A stretch of DNA of 64,000 bases from Paraphysomonas bandaiensis (GCA_965644295.1 CBFFRP010000172.1:2326-66325), one strand, 5' to 3'. Counted from the stretch's first letter, positions 12,167-26,887 are shown. Notes: generated by a model not told the origin, from the letters alone. A program made the numbers and translations.

Positions 12167-12611
12167 TAGGGCCTGGTAACCATTAATGGTAATGCCATTA
12201 TAATTGCCGGGACATTTTTAATTAATGCCATTATAGTTGCCGGCAACCGGACTACCTTTAATGACCTGTACTGCTATATATAGAACTGAGTGTTATTAAG
12301 ATAATATAGAATATAGTATCTCCTCCTATTCCTATGAGCCGATTACATGTTGTGGAATGGTTATACCCTCCATAAAGCCCTGCAAGAAGATCCTGACGTG
12401 CCAGTAGAGTGCGAGAAGTAGTTAAAATTTGTAGTCTGCTATTTAACTAAAAATTAGTAATTAAGGGAGCACAACACTATCTATTATATGAGTGGTGCTA
12501 TCTACTTTAAGTTAGTAGGTATTAATGGCCATTATAATTGCCGGAACATTTTTCATTAATGCCATTATATTTGCCGGGAACTGGACTACCATTAATAATT
12601 ATCAGGCCCTG
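12167..12611. mobile_element. hAT-type MITE, family 2 (composite copy)
   Basis: Ends tagggcctggtaaccattaatgg ... ccattaataattatcaggccctg. Flanks gtgcacac/gtgcagac (7/8-bp TSD). Same family as 57566-57643 and 57718-57860. Confidence 0.8.
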
Positions 12612-13123
12612 GTGCAGACTATGGAGGGAAGACATTGGAGTCAGCTTGACTTCGTAACAATAGATGCCTGTTGACTGTTTCATGACATCAATATAACTTC
12701 CTGACAATAATATTGTAACCCTATACCAGAGGTTATACAGATGAGATGTGGTGCAGGGGACGCTAACACTGACACCGCTGACTCTGAATAAGGTAGTAGT
12801 AGTCATGAAACCAAATTAAGCTTTGATAAGTGATAGATATTACGATATAGAGAACGCAATAAGTGAAGGTGAATTTATAGCTGCTTTATTCGTGCTTCCA
12901 TACACCGAGTAAAAGTTGGAATAAAAATCTTCATGTCATTCATATTCTCATACTCCACATGTACATATTTGAATTTCATTTAACATTTATTATTACCTTC
13001 ACTATTCACAACTAACATGCTGTGGCACACTTAGCTTTCACATGGGCAGAGTAGTGCGTGCATGAAGTTCGAAAATAAGTATCTATATCTATTTTGTAGG
13101 CACTGCATTGAGATGTACTGAAA

Positions 13124-16100
13124 TTAGAGCCCTCCGAGTATTGCCAATGCACTCGATGCCCACTGAGGTGCGACACTATTCACAGCGTAGAATTGCAGCA
13201 CAATAGTGACAATATCGACCGCTCCAGCAGAGACAAGCTTTACCCGGTTACTCTCCTGGTGAGCACAAAGTACACAAATCACTCGACAACACAACTCAGC
13301 AAACTCAACTCTTTGATAGAATTGTTGCATAGCAGTCACAACAAATCGACATATCCCTGCCGAGCCTAATTTCGACTTGTTGGCATCATAGTCCACTGAT
13401 AGGTTCAGAATTAAGTGACATACAGCAGTGCACACGGAAAAGTTATCGATATGTATCTGCATAACCTTAGTTAAGGCTTTGCATATCCCAGCACCACCCA
13501 GACGAAACTTTCCGTCTGCCGTAGTCGCTATGTTTGAACTAGCTTGGCAACAAATAATTGCGAATTCGGGATCTAGAATGTGCTTGTGAAGAGCAGCAAC
13601 CAGTATGGAATACACACCTCTGTCAGTAAGTGCAGTTATGTTACTGCTAATATCACGGTCTACTGAAGACGTATCACTGTCACTTTCGTTCGGGGGGGGG
13701 TGCGATGTTAGGTAAAAGAGTACATAGCACGAATTCACGGCAACACGAAGGCTTTTCATGTGCTTTTCGAATAGTTTCGTGAGCAGGGAGCAAATTGCTG
13801 CACCGCTACATAGATGAATATTGGCAATACATCCGTCCAATAGACAGCGCAACGCCACTACTCCCTCTGCCACAGCTTCTTCTGATCTTCCGTGAATCTG
13901 AAGATAATGTACAATGAGTTCAATCACATCATTGTTTCCAAGTAAAGACTGGTTTGCAAGATTATTGCAAGATAGAGCCTGGATTGCCATGCACCCATGC
14001 TTCACTGCAGATACATTTTCAGTGCCGTGGGATTTCAGTGTCGAATATACTGCATCGCAGCACCCTTCCGCACTTAGGAGATTTTGAGTCACTCTTCCAC
14101 GACTAGCAAGCTCGAACACTGCCAGATAAGCTTGTATGACAACCGCAGTACTGGTTTGTTGAACTTGCAGCGCAATCACAACACTCTCACACACTTTCGC
14201 AGCCACCAATTTCTGTAAATTCGAATCATCCCGAGCCAATCCAGCAATTGACCTACAACATTCTTCAGTCGCTCTTTCATTTCCAATGTGAACCCGCATG
14301 GCATCGACTACAGCCTCACAAGCCCCACTGTCACCAAGCCTAGCTATATTTCCCTCTTCTCCACACAGGTTAGCCACTGCCCTCCATGCAGAGTGAGCAG
14401 CTACCTCGTCTTTTATATGATGCTGAACAGCAGCCATCAGAGCCGAACATGCACCAGCGGGACCAAGCCATCCGCTGTTGCCCGGATTCATTGCCAAATT
14501 CGCCAATGCACTGAATCCCTTTACCGCAATTATATTTTCATGGGCGTGTCTCTGTACCGCAGATACAACAGCCTCGCAGGCTCCAGCTACACCTAGCTTC
14601 ATCGTATTTCGATCATATAATGCGAGACTCGCAACGGCTCCGCACCCTGCTCCTGCAACCTCTGGACTGGCTTGGTGTGTTTGCATTGCTATGGCTACTG
14701 CATCACATACGCCAGCAGATCCCATTTTGGCAATATTGGAGTCATGACCATCCACCATAATCTCAACCGCCCGACATCCCCACATCGCTACCAGTTGGCT
14801 CGTTCGATGCATTTCTAGTGCCATCAAGATTGATTTACATGCACCTGCATTTCCCAGTTTCGACCGATTGTTGAAGTTTTTAGTAGCTAGTGTTACAATG
14901 GCCTCGCATCCTGTATACGCAACTTGCTCGTTATCTGCATACTTTTGTAGAACCTTCGCTACTGCCTCACATGCACCATTCGCCCCCAGTCGCTCCCGAT
15001 AGATGTCATGATCTGCTCCAAGAGTATGAACTGCTTTGCATGCAGCCAAAGCTAGGGACTGGCTTCCGATGCATTTCTGAAGAACTACTGCCACCAACAC
15101 ATCCCCACTTCCAGTACCTCTTTGTAACGAAACTATCACGGCTTCGCATGCACCACTGGCAACAAGAGTATCTCGATTTTCTTGATCCTTAGCCATGCTA
15201 CTAATTGCCTGACAACCCCATTCAAGAACTAGGTCATTCTTAGAGTGATGTATCATAATCTGAACAATAGTTTCGCCACAACCGTCTCTCTCTAGCGTAT
15301 CATACTGAGAGGACAAACTGTCGAATGCCCTGCAGCCGCTCCAGCAAACAGAAACATCACTTAGATGCGTCCTCATGGACCGCACAAGAGACCCACAGGC
15401 ACCAAGAGCCGCCATCTTCACTGCATTCTGTAAATGGTCTCTTGCCAAACTGCCCACTGCCATACTAGTCTGAAACATGACACCGCTATTAAGAATGTAC
15501 TCATCAAAACAGCTGACAACTATTTCGCAAGCATTATATACACCAAGTTGAGCCCTATTGTCTGCATCGATAGCAAGTGTACTAATCGATCGACATGCGA
15601 ATTCAGCTACTCCAGAGTCGGTCTGAAACTTGTCCAGTGCTTTTACAATACCCTCACAAGCGTTGGTGCGTCCCAAATTTGCTGTATTCTGCGCATTATT
15701 CAACGATAGCCAACTAACAGCTCGACAAACTGCGCGCACAACAACTAGATCTGTCTTGTGACGATTTAAAATGTCAATAACAACTTCGCATGCTCCTGCA
15801 ACACCCAATTTCACTCGATTTTCCTCATTCTCTGCCAAGTTACTTAGCGCATTTAAGCTGATGGCCACAATTTTTCCGCATGACACATGGATCTTCATTA
15901 CAGACACAATTGCCTCAGATGCACCACATTTACCTAATTTCTCAGTATTAGAGATCTCATTGTGTGAGAAGTTTACCAGTAGGGTGCACGCATGCTCTGC
16001 TATGACCTCATCATTTCGGTAGTGCAACAACATCTCAATGACGGATTCACACAGTTCCATTGTGCCCATCTTGGAGCTCATTTGAGAATCCAGAGTAACT

Positions 16101-18842
16101 GCATTTGCAGACAAACAAACCCATTCAATAATGTTTCTATTTTCAAGGTGGTTAATAAATATAGCCTCCAGGGCATCCGCTACTAAACTTGATCGAAATT
16201 TCGGCCAATTTGACTCTTGCGAGGCAATATTCACAATTGCTTTGCATGCCCACTCTATAATTTCACTGTTGCTAATGTGTTTGAGCGTCGCAAACGCAAT
16301 CGCATCACAAGCCCCTCCGACGCCAAGCTTGACAGCATTTTCTGTATTGACAGATAAATTACAAATAGCTTTACAACCCCATTCGGATAAAAATACAGAT
16401 TTGCCACTGTACTTTAGAACTACCCGTGGGATGAGCTTACATGCACCGGATTGCCCCATCTTCGTGAGGTTTCCAACGTGATTCACTACTAAATTCGATA
16501 TTGCCCACAGAGCTTGCTCAGCAACATATCGACTACCGAGGTGTTTCTGAAGCATGGAAACTATACTCTCACAAACCCCAGCCGCTCCTAACCATATACG
16601 TATGTCAGTGTTGCCTGCCATAAAACCAACAGCCTTACACAAACATGCGCATATCCATGAATTGCCAGTGAATCGCCTCGAACATACAACAATACCACGA
16701 CTGATCCCAATATTTCCCAATCTACTACCCATCACATCATCCTCTGCAATTTTCGCAAGAGTAGAGCATACCCATTGACACGTTTTTTCACTATCCGTAG
16801 AAGATCTCTTGAGAATATTTACCATAGTTTCACCAATTCCATTATCCATGAGGCGATGTCTATTGGAACGATGTAATGCAAGGCTAGATGTGGCATACCA
16901 TACCCAGTGAATAATATCTTCTATATTTTCCCATCGTTGGTTCTGATGTTGCTGCTGCTCGAACTTTTTGTTAATATCGACTAAAAAATGGCACACATTA
17001 GTGGATGTGCCAATGTCTTCCTGACAGGCATCATTGTCAAGAACGACATTGCGAATGGCAATACAACTCTCTCGCACCACCTCCAGAGACTTCTTATGAC
17101 GTTCCAAAATGGATACTAATATTGCAATACCACCTTGCTGTCTAATGATATCTTGATTCTGGGGGTTTGGATAAGCCAAATTAGCTAACGCAAAACATGC
17201 ACTTTCTGCAAGAATAGCATCTTCCGTCCCGAAATTCTTCATTATACATATCACTAGTTCACAAGCACCGGCCCTCCCAAGCGTGTGTTTGTTCGTCTTA
17301 CATTGAAATGCTATGTTACCTACAGCCCGACAACCCCATTTCAACACATCCGGTGATTGATGCGAGGCAGTGTTAAGGGCTGCATCAACTAATATGCACG
17401 GTAGCATCGTACCAGCCAGTGTCTCTCTATTTTCCGGATGACATTCCGTAAGGCAGAACAACGCCCGACATATCCACTCCATTACCAATTCGCTCCCACC
17501 TGTATGATGCGCAACCATCTCTTCCAGACTTCCAAATACACCCGAGCTCGCCCAGAGAGAGCGAGTGGATGAGTTCGTAGCCAGACAGCACAAGGCCTTA
17601 CAGGAGAGCTCTGCGACCATTTCGATATTGCTGTGTTGACTCATCGCTAGAGCTATAGACTGCACAGTCCCAGCAGCAACGAGCCTAGGCTTATTTACAT
17701 CAGGTAGAGCTAACCAATACAGCGCTTGTAGGGCGCTTTCGCATATTATAATAGACTCCACATGAGCTTGTAGAGTTTTGGATACCGCAGCGCACCCTCC
17801 TTGCCTTCCTACTATTATTTGTCTTTCTCGACTACCTTGTATTAGGCGGCATATTGCTGATAAAGCATCATCCAAAGCCTGCACATCATCTCCATCCCCA
17901 CTAAATCCTGTCCGCCGGAGAGTTGAGAGACTCCCTTCTAAGGTGAATGGAATATTGGACTCAGTTGAAGCCGTCTGAAAGTGAGAGGACGGAGTTGTAC
18001 TATCATAACTGCAGTTTGAACCACGAAACCGGATTATACATGCTGCATGAACCCATGCTAGGTTGCCTCCTTTAACATATAGGTTTTCATCATGTACCAG
18101 CGTGTCATCTGTGTCATCGAAAGATGCTTTGCTGTCGACTACAGCGGGTGTAGCAGATTTACTGGTGCTCATATATTCACTTTTGGTATCTTCAGATATT
18201 GAATTTTGTTGAGAGCCTGAAAGGACCGAAGTACTTATATACGAGTACATCTTCTGCAGCATACCCCCGCCCTGAGAGAAAATGCCTGTCACTGAAGGCA
18301 TAGTCGACGATGATGAGTCATCCGAGGATGCTTGGGTGTTGTCGGAGGCGTATTCCTTGAACCCGTCGCCCTCCTCCAGATCGTGAAGCGCTGCGGTTGC
18401 AGCAGCGTCTACTTCTTTTTGCTTTTCTATATAATATACATTAAGGGAAACTAACCACTTAATATGTTTACCAAGTTTAATATCTCGTGCCCGGCGAATT
18501 GACCCAGTTGTGGAATCGGCTGATGGTACTGATGGTGTTTCACATGCAACTTTTGGCATCTTACTCAGGGAGAGAATATCTCCAGATACAGAATCTAAAC
18601 GATTAAACAAGAGTAAGTTGATGCGGTCATCACCGATGCAGCTGCTCACCCCTCACACTCTTTTCCTTGTTATCTTTAACAGCCTCATCATCAGCCCCAT
18701 CAGAAGCAGGTATGCTATCATTTCCACTGCCTAAACTATCTATCATATCTTCATCTGGATCCTCTGGATGTGTATCACTCTCTCGATTGACCTTATTATC
18801 ATCTGTATCATATCTAACGCTTGATTTCATGTCAGTGTCCAC
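13124..18842 (-). CDS. Giant armadillo-repeat protein (~1890 aa, 2 exons)
   Basis: Exon 1 (18842-18650) joins the 1841-aa ORF in frame through a 55-bp GT-AG intron (18649-18595). Many ~42-aa repeats of the type N...LG.AGACEAVV.A...H......E.GC.A...L. Confidence 0.9.
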
Positions 18843-19858
18843 TGATGAGCCCTGCTCACTTAAATGTGTGTCTACCAGACCTCCCTATGTACATCAAATC
18901 ATACGGATATCCATTACCAATTCCCATCTATACACATCTCCTTCACAACTATAGTGAGGGATATTAACGGGCGTTAGATGATTTAATATGGTAACTACAG
19001 TAAAATATGGAGCGATTGTATGCTGCTGTTGATTGAGGGTCACACTATGACAGAATGCAGTGTACAGTGGACGATATACAGTGTAGGATTCCGAACACTA
19101 TCCATAATACAGAACATAGATAACGTATCGGCAGTCAGGATCTTATTTTTCGGATATATATTGAAGCAAAATTCCTCTATATTACTGCAACACAACTATG
19201 GCTAGAATACAGATAATTATTGTCTCAATATTAGAGGCATCTGAGAACAAAAATATACAAAGGACAACATATACATCCATCCACCAATCCTATCCCTTAT
19301 CTCTCATTTGATTGGTTACATATATATCTGAATGGTGCTGTACAAATCAAACACATGCATATCACTGTGTAGTGTGGAGGATGCGATAGAAATGGATGTG
19401 ATATTCGACAGTGTACAATAGCTTGAGGTGAGTTTATTTAAATCCTCATTCTGTATCTTATTTGCGGCCTCTGAAAATGGAACCACTGAAATCCACACGT
19501 TTAGTTCATTAAGTAGTGTACGATGAGATTAACTCACGGTTGAATATATACGAAATATAGAGAAGCAACGACGGGTATGTCATTCTACACTTGCTCGAAG
19601 AAAGTGTGTACTACACACGTTGACTCTCCATATTAATCACGATCCAAGAGAACATCTTACATCTCTTGAGCCATTACTACCACTACGTGAATCATTCCGC
19701 AGTTATCAACAATTCTCTTTCCAATTAATTTCTCTGTTGTACTTATTCTTCACTACATAGTATTTCCCTGTACCACCTTTTAGTAACGATTTTACGAGGC
19801 TCAACTCAAGTGAACTTTTCAGATATGGAGACTAAAGCCTGATGAAATATATTCCTGC

Positions 19859-20646
19859 CAGGGCTAGGAAACAATATATTGCAATACTACTGTTAGATAG
19901 CGTTCCATCAATAGTATTGATGGAGATTTTAAACAGGCTCAACAATACAATTACAATATATTGTCAATGTATTGCAATATATTAGTATGAGTAATCAGTA
20001 AGTAAACACATCCGTAGATTTCATTTTTAGTATTAGTCATTAAGATCACATGACAACCAAACCAACTACTGCTTATAGCTAATAAAAATTCACCTAGTTC
20101 TCATCCTCTGAGCCATCAGCGGTGACGTCAACATCACCATATTCATCCACAAAATTTATTGAAATATGCTAGTATTCGGCCACAACTGTCGAATTGCTTT
20201 CAGAAACAACAACATATTAAGCAGGATGGATGCTTTAGCGCAACACTGATATAATATATTTAGCTGCGCTGAACAGACGCTCCCATGTATTGGAAGTACA
20301 TACCAGGGACTGGTAACCGTTAATGACTCGTGGATCTGTACGTTTCTTAATTTTTTGAGCTGGCTGAAGATTTTTAGTCGCATAGTCAACATCAGCTTCA
20401 TCATCCTCTGTAAAGTTGTAATCAATTTCTCGGTTATTTATATCCATTTTGCACCCTACAGTTGAGAATCTTCTCTTATATGACTATCATAATATTGATT
20501 GCAATATATTGCAATATATTGTGAGATACTTTAACAGAAACAATATTGATGGGATTTTTGGCCGGTCGACCAATCAATATATTTTACAATGTATTGCAAT
20601 ATATTGTACAATGTATTGCAATTCAATATATTGTTTCCTAGCCCTG
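19859..20646. mobile_element. Non-autonomous hAT element, family 1, copy A
   Basis: TIRs cagggctaggaaacaatatattg / caatatattgtttcctagccctg. Perfect 8-bp TSD ATTCCTGC (19851-19858, 20647-20654). Minus-strand remnant TSNTWERLFSAAK resembles the hAT C-terminal dimerisation motif. Confidence 0.92.
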
Positions 20647-20987
20647 ATTCCTGCGATGTTGTCGCACTTACAAAAATATAACTGCAGAAATATCATAGTC
20701 ACATAATATATAACATCAAAGTGGGAAACTACGTAGGCTGCAATAAAGTTACACCTAAAGCTCAACAAGTGTACGAGAATATGTCGTACACTTGTATACT
20801 ATAAAAGTGTTAGTCATGCCGTATGCTTGATCAATTATACATTACAACATGCTACTTTATTTCAGCTAAACATCACTAACCCTATTCCGTTATGAGCGCA
20901 CAGCAATAATTGATAGTGTGACATTTATATCATACATCAGAAGCGAAAGACACAGACTATAGCAAAGAACAACGGTTGAACGCGATA

Positions 20988-22090
20988 TCATGCGGCTGTC
21001 TTCTTTCTGGCCAGATATCTTTCTTTCGCAGCTCGAATAGCTTCCTCTTTCGATATTACTGGTGCAGCGGGAGGAGTTTTTTTAACAGGTTCCGTCTCCT
21101 TCTCTATATCTGCAGAATCAGTTGCTGTGGCCTCTTCGATTGTGCGTTTAGTGCCTACGCATTGCGTGGGTGGTTCCGCTGATTCATTGACATCTTTCTC
21201 GGAAGCTGGCGATCTATCGCTTTCCACCGTATTCGACTTCGGTGACATACTGTCTTGGATTGGCTGTTTTGGGCTGTCCACTTTCTCCACTGGGGAAATG
21301 TCTTCTTCCTCCATGCGGCGCCGTTGCCTATCGCTGCCTGCAGTGTATGCACTCACAGCGTGCTGCACATCCCCACCCATGGCAATATTTTTCGTCAGAA
21401 GATTTGAAAAAAAGCCGTGCATACCACGGCTTTCAGCTCCAGTCCGTTTCTCCACCTCATCTGCGATTCGATCCTCATACTCCCATTTGCGGTCTTCCAT
21501 TAATTTCTGCTTATATGCTGACGTCACGAATTTTGGCTTATCACCAAACTCTGCATCTTCCTGTTGCCGCTCCTTCAGAAGGCGCCTAGTTATTAAAGCA
21601 GTCATGTTACAGTAATAAGTAAGTAATATAATTCAGGGTGACCTCTCGTATATTCGATCCTTTTCTTTCTCCCTCACGGCTGCAGTCGCTTTAAGTTTAG
21701 AAATATATTGTGACTTCTACATTCAAGCATGTGAGCAATAAACCACACCAAATGCAAATTACACACCTTCTTATCCTCTCCTAGTAACGAGCCTGATGCA
21801 GCGAGGAGTCGGTTAGTGCTGGCGGCCTTAAACTCGTCATAAGACCCGTCATAGTCGTATAGCTTCGCTTCTTCTTCAGAGAGAGACTTTCTCAGAGTTT
21901 CGATATCCGTCGATTGTTTCGTCAGCTGTTTGTTGGCACGTACAATATCACCTCTGCGCTCTTCCTCCTCCTCATCGTCATCTTGAGAGAAAAAGGCCGC
22001 TACTTTATTAGCAGTGGGGATTTTTTTAGCATTAGTTTTCTTCTTCTGTAGACCGTATTTGGCGGTCGGCTTCACAGTTCGGAGTGACAT
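20988..22090 (-). CDS. NSRP1: Nuclear speckle splicing regulator NSRP1/CCDC55 (DUF2040)
   Basis: Motifs LYDYDGSYDEFK, ERQQEDAEFGDKPKFVTSAYKQKL and AAKERYLARK. Two short introns. Confidence 0.85.
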
Positions 22091-22512
22091 TAAATCGAGA
22101 GCATGAAATATAGTTAATCGATGCGTTTCTACTTATGGTCAGTCTAGGAGTGGAGGGTATACATACATGTCGGAGGTTGCAATATATAGGGGGGCTATGT
22201 GTTTGCTACATATTTTACATGCACAACAGAATACACCCTTTCTTAGTGAGAAACTTCGTACAAAATATCCAAACTTTTACAAAAATCATTGATTTTACTA
22301 TTCTACCTGATTTCTGAGTATTTTTCTCATACTGGTATACTATACTGGTATGCTGTGAGTCAAGCAATGTACTCTCTCTTGTACATAATATGTACTGTAC
22401 TCTTTGTCTCTCCATAAGAAAACTATGAGTCATAAACTACATCCCTCCAACTAAAACCCATACGAATTATTCGCTTAAACATGCACTAGTCATATCTATT
22501 GACCTCTACTAG

Positions 22513-23541
22513 ATGCTATCCACAGCCTATCTGCTACGAAAACTGTGTCCCATACTCTCTACTCGCCATACCTCCACCTTATGTCCACGCACACAGCGAC
22601 CGCTATCAGTGAGAGACGTATACAAGGCTGCTATGAAATCATTTAAGGCGTCTAATGTACCTGAAGTAGAACATTCAGCCAGATATCTTCTATGTGAGGC
22701 CGCTGGTATAGACTACACATGGTCTGCATTCCAGGGCAGTCTTGATATGACTCTATCCGATCACCAAATGAAGAGAATGGAATCGCATTGTACCAGGAGA
22801 ATAGCACGGGAACCTATCCAATACATCATTGGGAACTGGGATTTTAGGGGCAGGGTTTTTCAATGTGCCTCTCCTGTTTTAATACCACGCCCGGAAACTG
22901 AAGAAATGGTGGACCTGATTATTTCCAGTGAGATTCTAAGAGATATCAAGCGCCCCAGTATTCTTGACATAGGATCTGGAAGTGGTGTTATTGGCGTATC
23001 ATTGCTTGCAGAGATTCCCTCCTCTAATTGCGTCGCTATTGATCCACACCCATCTGCCGTCTCTCTGTCACACAAGAATGCGTCCACTATCCTCTGCTCG
23101 ACCTGTTCTTACAGTCAGTGTCCTGAAGGAATTCAATGTTGTCGATATACAACACTACAATGTGATATACAGACAATGTGTTCTTCGTCCAGTACTGAAT
23201 ACCAGCAGTACATAGGGTCGTTTGATTTACTGGTATCCAACCCCCCATATATACCTTCAACAGACATACCTGATCTGGAACCTGAGGTCAGGATACATGA
23301 GAGTGAGCTTGCTTTAGATGGAGGACCGGATGGACTCGATATCATCCAGAGCATCGTACAGTTGAGCCCATCACTTTTATCCAGCAGCGGGACGAAGGAG
23401 CTATGGATGGAGGTATCACCCACCCACCCTCAAGCAATAGAAGAATCCCTCGAACTATTACCTGACTGCCGATACACGTTTGTTGAAGGAATTAAGGACA
23501 TGTACGGAAGGCCTAGATTCGTTAGACTTAAACTGAAGTAG
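22513..23541 (+). CDS. HEMK1: HemK/PrmC release-factor glutamine methyltransferase, probably mitochondrial
   Basis: EPIQYIIG, VLIPRPETE, LDIGSGSG, SNPPY and ALDGGPDGLD motifs. Basic, Ser/Thr-rich presequence-like N-terminus. Confidence 0.93.
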   Translation: MLSTAYLLRKLCPILSTRHTSTLCPRTQRPLSVRDVYKAAMKSFKASNVPEVEHSARYLLCEAAGIDYTWSAFQGSLDMTLSDHQMKRMESHCTRRIAREPIQYIIGNWDFRGRVFQCASPVLIPRPETEEMVDLIISSEILRDIKRPSILDIGSGSGVIGVSLLAEIPSSNCVAIDPHPSAVSLSHKNASTILCSTCSYSQCPEGIQCCRYTTLQCDIQTMCSSSSTEYQQYIGSFDLLVSNPPYIPSTDIPDLEPEVRIHESELALDGGPDGLDIIQSIVQLSPSLLSSSGTKELWMEVSPTHPQAIEESLELLPDCRYTFVEGIKDMYGRPRFVRLKLK

Positions 23542-23972
23542 TAGATCTTCTTATACAATGTTGGAAAATCTTGGTGCTGTGTGTTCGTAATCTATTCACA
23601 CAACATGCTTTCTATATTTCTATATAACTAAGTGTGCATAGGTACTTGTATCTATAATAAAGTAGTTTCATTTTTGTACATATAGTATGGAGAGCAGTAA
23701 ATTTATCACTACAGCCGTGCAACGTACTCTATATTCTATATTAGCGCCTCTGCATGACGAATGATCACTACTCGGTCTTTACGAACACAGGGGGTATCAT
23801 CAGTCATCCATAATCCATACTCCCATTGCAATGTACTAAAAATCAATAGTTCACTTAGCTGTTAAGAGTATATACTTTACAAGCGAACGAAAGATGCATG
23901 ACTATAGCTTATAATACACTAACACGAAGTATGTAGTGTTTTGTATCAAAGAGTAGCCCAATTAACACATTC

Positions 23973-26805
23973 TCAATTCTTATCCGCTGTAATTTGACTT
24001 AGAACCCATGACATTTCGAATGCCCTCTCTTTGAGATCTTTGTACCTATAATAACATTTTAGGCTAAAACCTGAAAGCAATTCGCTCGACATACCTATCC
24101 GATGCACTGAAATGTCCTGCACTTAAGTCCGTCTTCATCAAGAGCTGATTGTCATTAGTTTTAAGTTCCCGAAGTTTGGCGACCCACTTGGCGGGCTCCC
24201 AGTAGGCCACACGGGGATCGTGAAGTCCAGCAGTTACAAGAAGTGCAGGATAATCCTGCATCAAATTTAATATGCTAACCAAGCGACACAAAAGTTCCAA
24301 AGCACCTGGGGAGCTACATTGGAGTACGGACAAAACTTCTTCATGTAGTCGAAATAATCCTTTTCATTAGGGTTCCCCCACTCCTCCCATTCACCCTAAA
24401 TTACAATGAGAACGGACTTTAATCAAATAATAAATGTCAAAAAATTATACACACCACTGTCAGTGGGATAGTCGGATCACTCATGGTGTTGAGAACGTCT
24501 ACGAACGGAACATCCGCAACGGCTGCGCGGAAGAGATTAGGATACATATTAACAGACGCACCAATGAGAAGCCCCCCCGCGCTACGCCCTACTACTGCCA
24601 GTCGACTGGCCTCAGTAACCCCCTGGTTAATTAAATGCATAGCACAGTCCGCAAAGTCGTGGAACGTATTCATCTTTGTAAAATACTTGCCACCCGCCTC
24701 GTACCATGGGTATCTTCCCATCTCACCACCCCCACGAATATGCGCTATAGCGTACACAACTCCACGGTCAAGAAGAGGAAGTCGAGTATAATCAAAGTTA
24801 GGGTCCATCGAGCTACCATAACTTCCGTAGCCATACATAAGTACAGGAGTGTCTTGTGGTAGACCACTGTTCTCCGATAGCACGGATCGACTGAAGACCA
24901 TGCTAATTGGTATATTGCACCCAGAAGTCTTCGATGAGGGTGCATACATTCTAGCAACAGCATACTTTTCGCGTTCATAACCAGGTACTTCTTTTTCTTT
25001 GAGTACTTTGCGGTCCCCGGAGATCATATTAACTGATAATACCTGCTGAGGTGTTAGCAAGCTGGAATACTTGAGCCGAAGCTCCTGTGTGTCGTATTCC
25101 ATGTTCCCGTAGGCACTTATTGAGTACATCTCTTCTGCTAAGGGTAACTCTTTCCACTCTGCTCCAAGAGGAATATTCCGGCCCTCTGCAGACAGAACCC
25201 AGCATCGTTGCCCGCCACCTTCTCGTCCAAACACTACCATGGCTGTCTTGAACGGTAACACATACCTAACCTCAACATTCGGGTTATACGGGCACATCTC
25301 TTCCCACCTATCAGTGGTTAGTGAAGGCGACGACGTAGGGATACGACACAGTTTGCTGTTGTGTGCACCCTGAAAGTTTGTGACGATGTAAAAAAAGTCC
25401 CCGTGGTGGTCACATGAATATCGCAGCTTCTCCACCCTTGGTTGTACGGTTCGTAATTCTCCAACAGCTTTGCGGTGGCCATTGCCTCCAACAACTCCAG
25501 CAATTGACACAATGTGTTCTTCAGAAGTCTCTATACTCTCGCTACTAATGATAAGATACTCTTCGCTGCTTGTCTTGTTCACATCTACACAGAAGAGCTG
25601 ATTGTCCTCCCGGTACAGAAGAACGTCAGAGTCTTGACTGGTCCCTGCAGGAGAGCAACAAAATTGAATATCGGGCGACAAAAATAGCAACAAATGGTAA
25701 ACATATCACCCTGAGACCAAATATTATGCCAAAAATACGCACCTAATACATGCATCCAAACTTCATGCGGTCGGTGCTCCTCGTCCATCTTCGTGTAGAA
25801 GAGAGTGGAATCGTCGCCACCCCACACGACGTCTCCAGAGCATTCAGTAAGGGTGTCTATCACACTGCCAGCAGAATGACCTGCTCCCGCCCGCAGATCA
25901 CATACACGGATCGTATACGTCTCGTATCCTATAGATTTAGTTAGGACCTGGAAGGTTATGTCGTAAAACAATAAGACGGTATATACCGATGTTGTCCACT
26001 GCATAAGCGAGCAGCATGTGACTGGGACTGGGCTCACATGCCCCCACAACACAATAGTCATGGCCTTTAGCAACCTCGTTTTCATCAAGAAATACTTCCT
26101 CTTTTCCCTTCTCCTTGTCTGAGGATAAAACGCGGCAATGAAGGCGGTAAGCCAAGCCTTCTTCAGTCCTTGTGTAGTACATGTACGGTCCATGGCGATA
26201 CGGAACCTAGTAGGGCTATAAAGAAAACACTTGAAGGCATCTTTTTCACCGACACTCACCTCATCGTCCGTCTGCTTAAGATATCCCAGCATTTCATTGT
26301 ATAAGGAGTCTTTGAGAGGAGCCAAGCATTCAGTCATTTGCTCACAGTATCTGTTCTCTTCTCGAATGTGATTCAGCACCTGAGGAAGATATTAGAAATG
26401 CATTTTCCACTGAAAGTGTCATAATACCTCATCTTTAGACCTTGTTTCGTCTCTCATCCAGTTATAGTAGTCTACTCTCTCCTACATATACATATATATA
26501 GTGAGCAGTGTTGAATATATAAGAGCCAGCAGTTCAATACCAGAGGCGGGTCCATAGCTTTATCTCCCCGATACTCGTCAGGCTTTGCCGGATGCTTTCC
26601 GAAATATATAGTCTCAGCAACCTTCTTTGCTACTGGAGCAGCAATACGAGAATATTTCATAGACTATATACACGTATATATATATATAGTGTTAGCAGAG
26701 AGAGTGATAGATAGAAGAGGGGACCTTCATACGGCTCATGGCTGCACCGCGAACTAGTAGAGAAGAGCCCAGGAACAGGGCTGGTCCTATTAACCGGGTA
26801 TCCAT
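23973..26805 (-). CDS. ptrB: Oligopeptidase B (S9A serine peptidase), multi-exon
   Basis: [23 protein letters not shown] (catalytic Ser), [43 protein letters not shown] and [10 protein letters not shown]. Confidence 0.93.
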
Positions 26806-26887
26806 CTTGTTAAAGTAGTGGTTGATATTTAGTTAATAGAAGGACACTTCTTTGGAAATATTGGAATCATATATCATATAAACGTAC

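Noticed and set aside
14288-17978. Multiple plus-strand ORFs opposite the ARM gene, and similar antisense ORFs elsewhere
   Set aside because: Short shadow ORFs of a long coding exon with no recognisable motifs.
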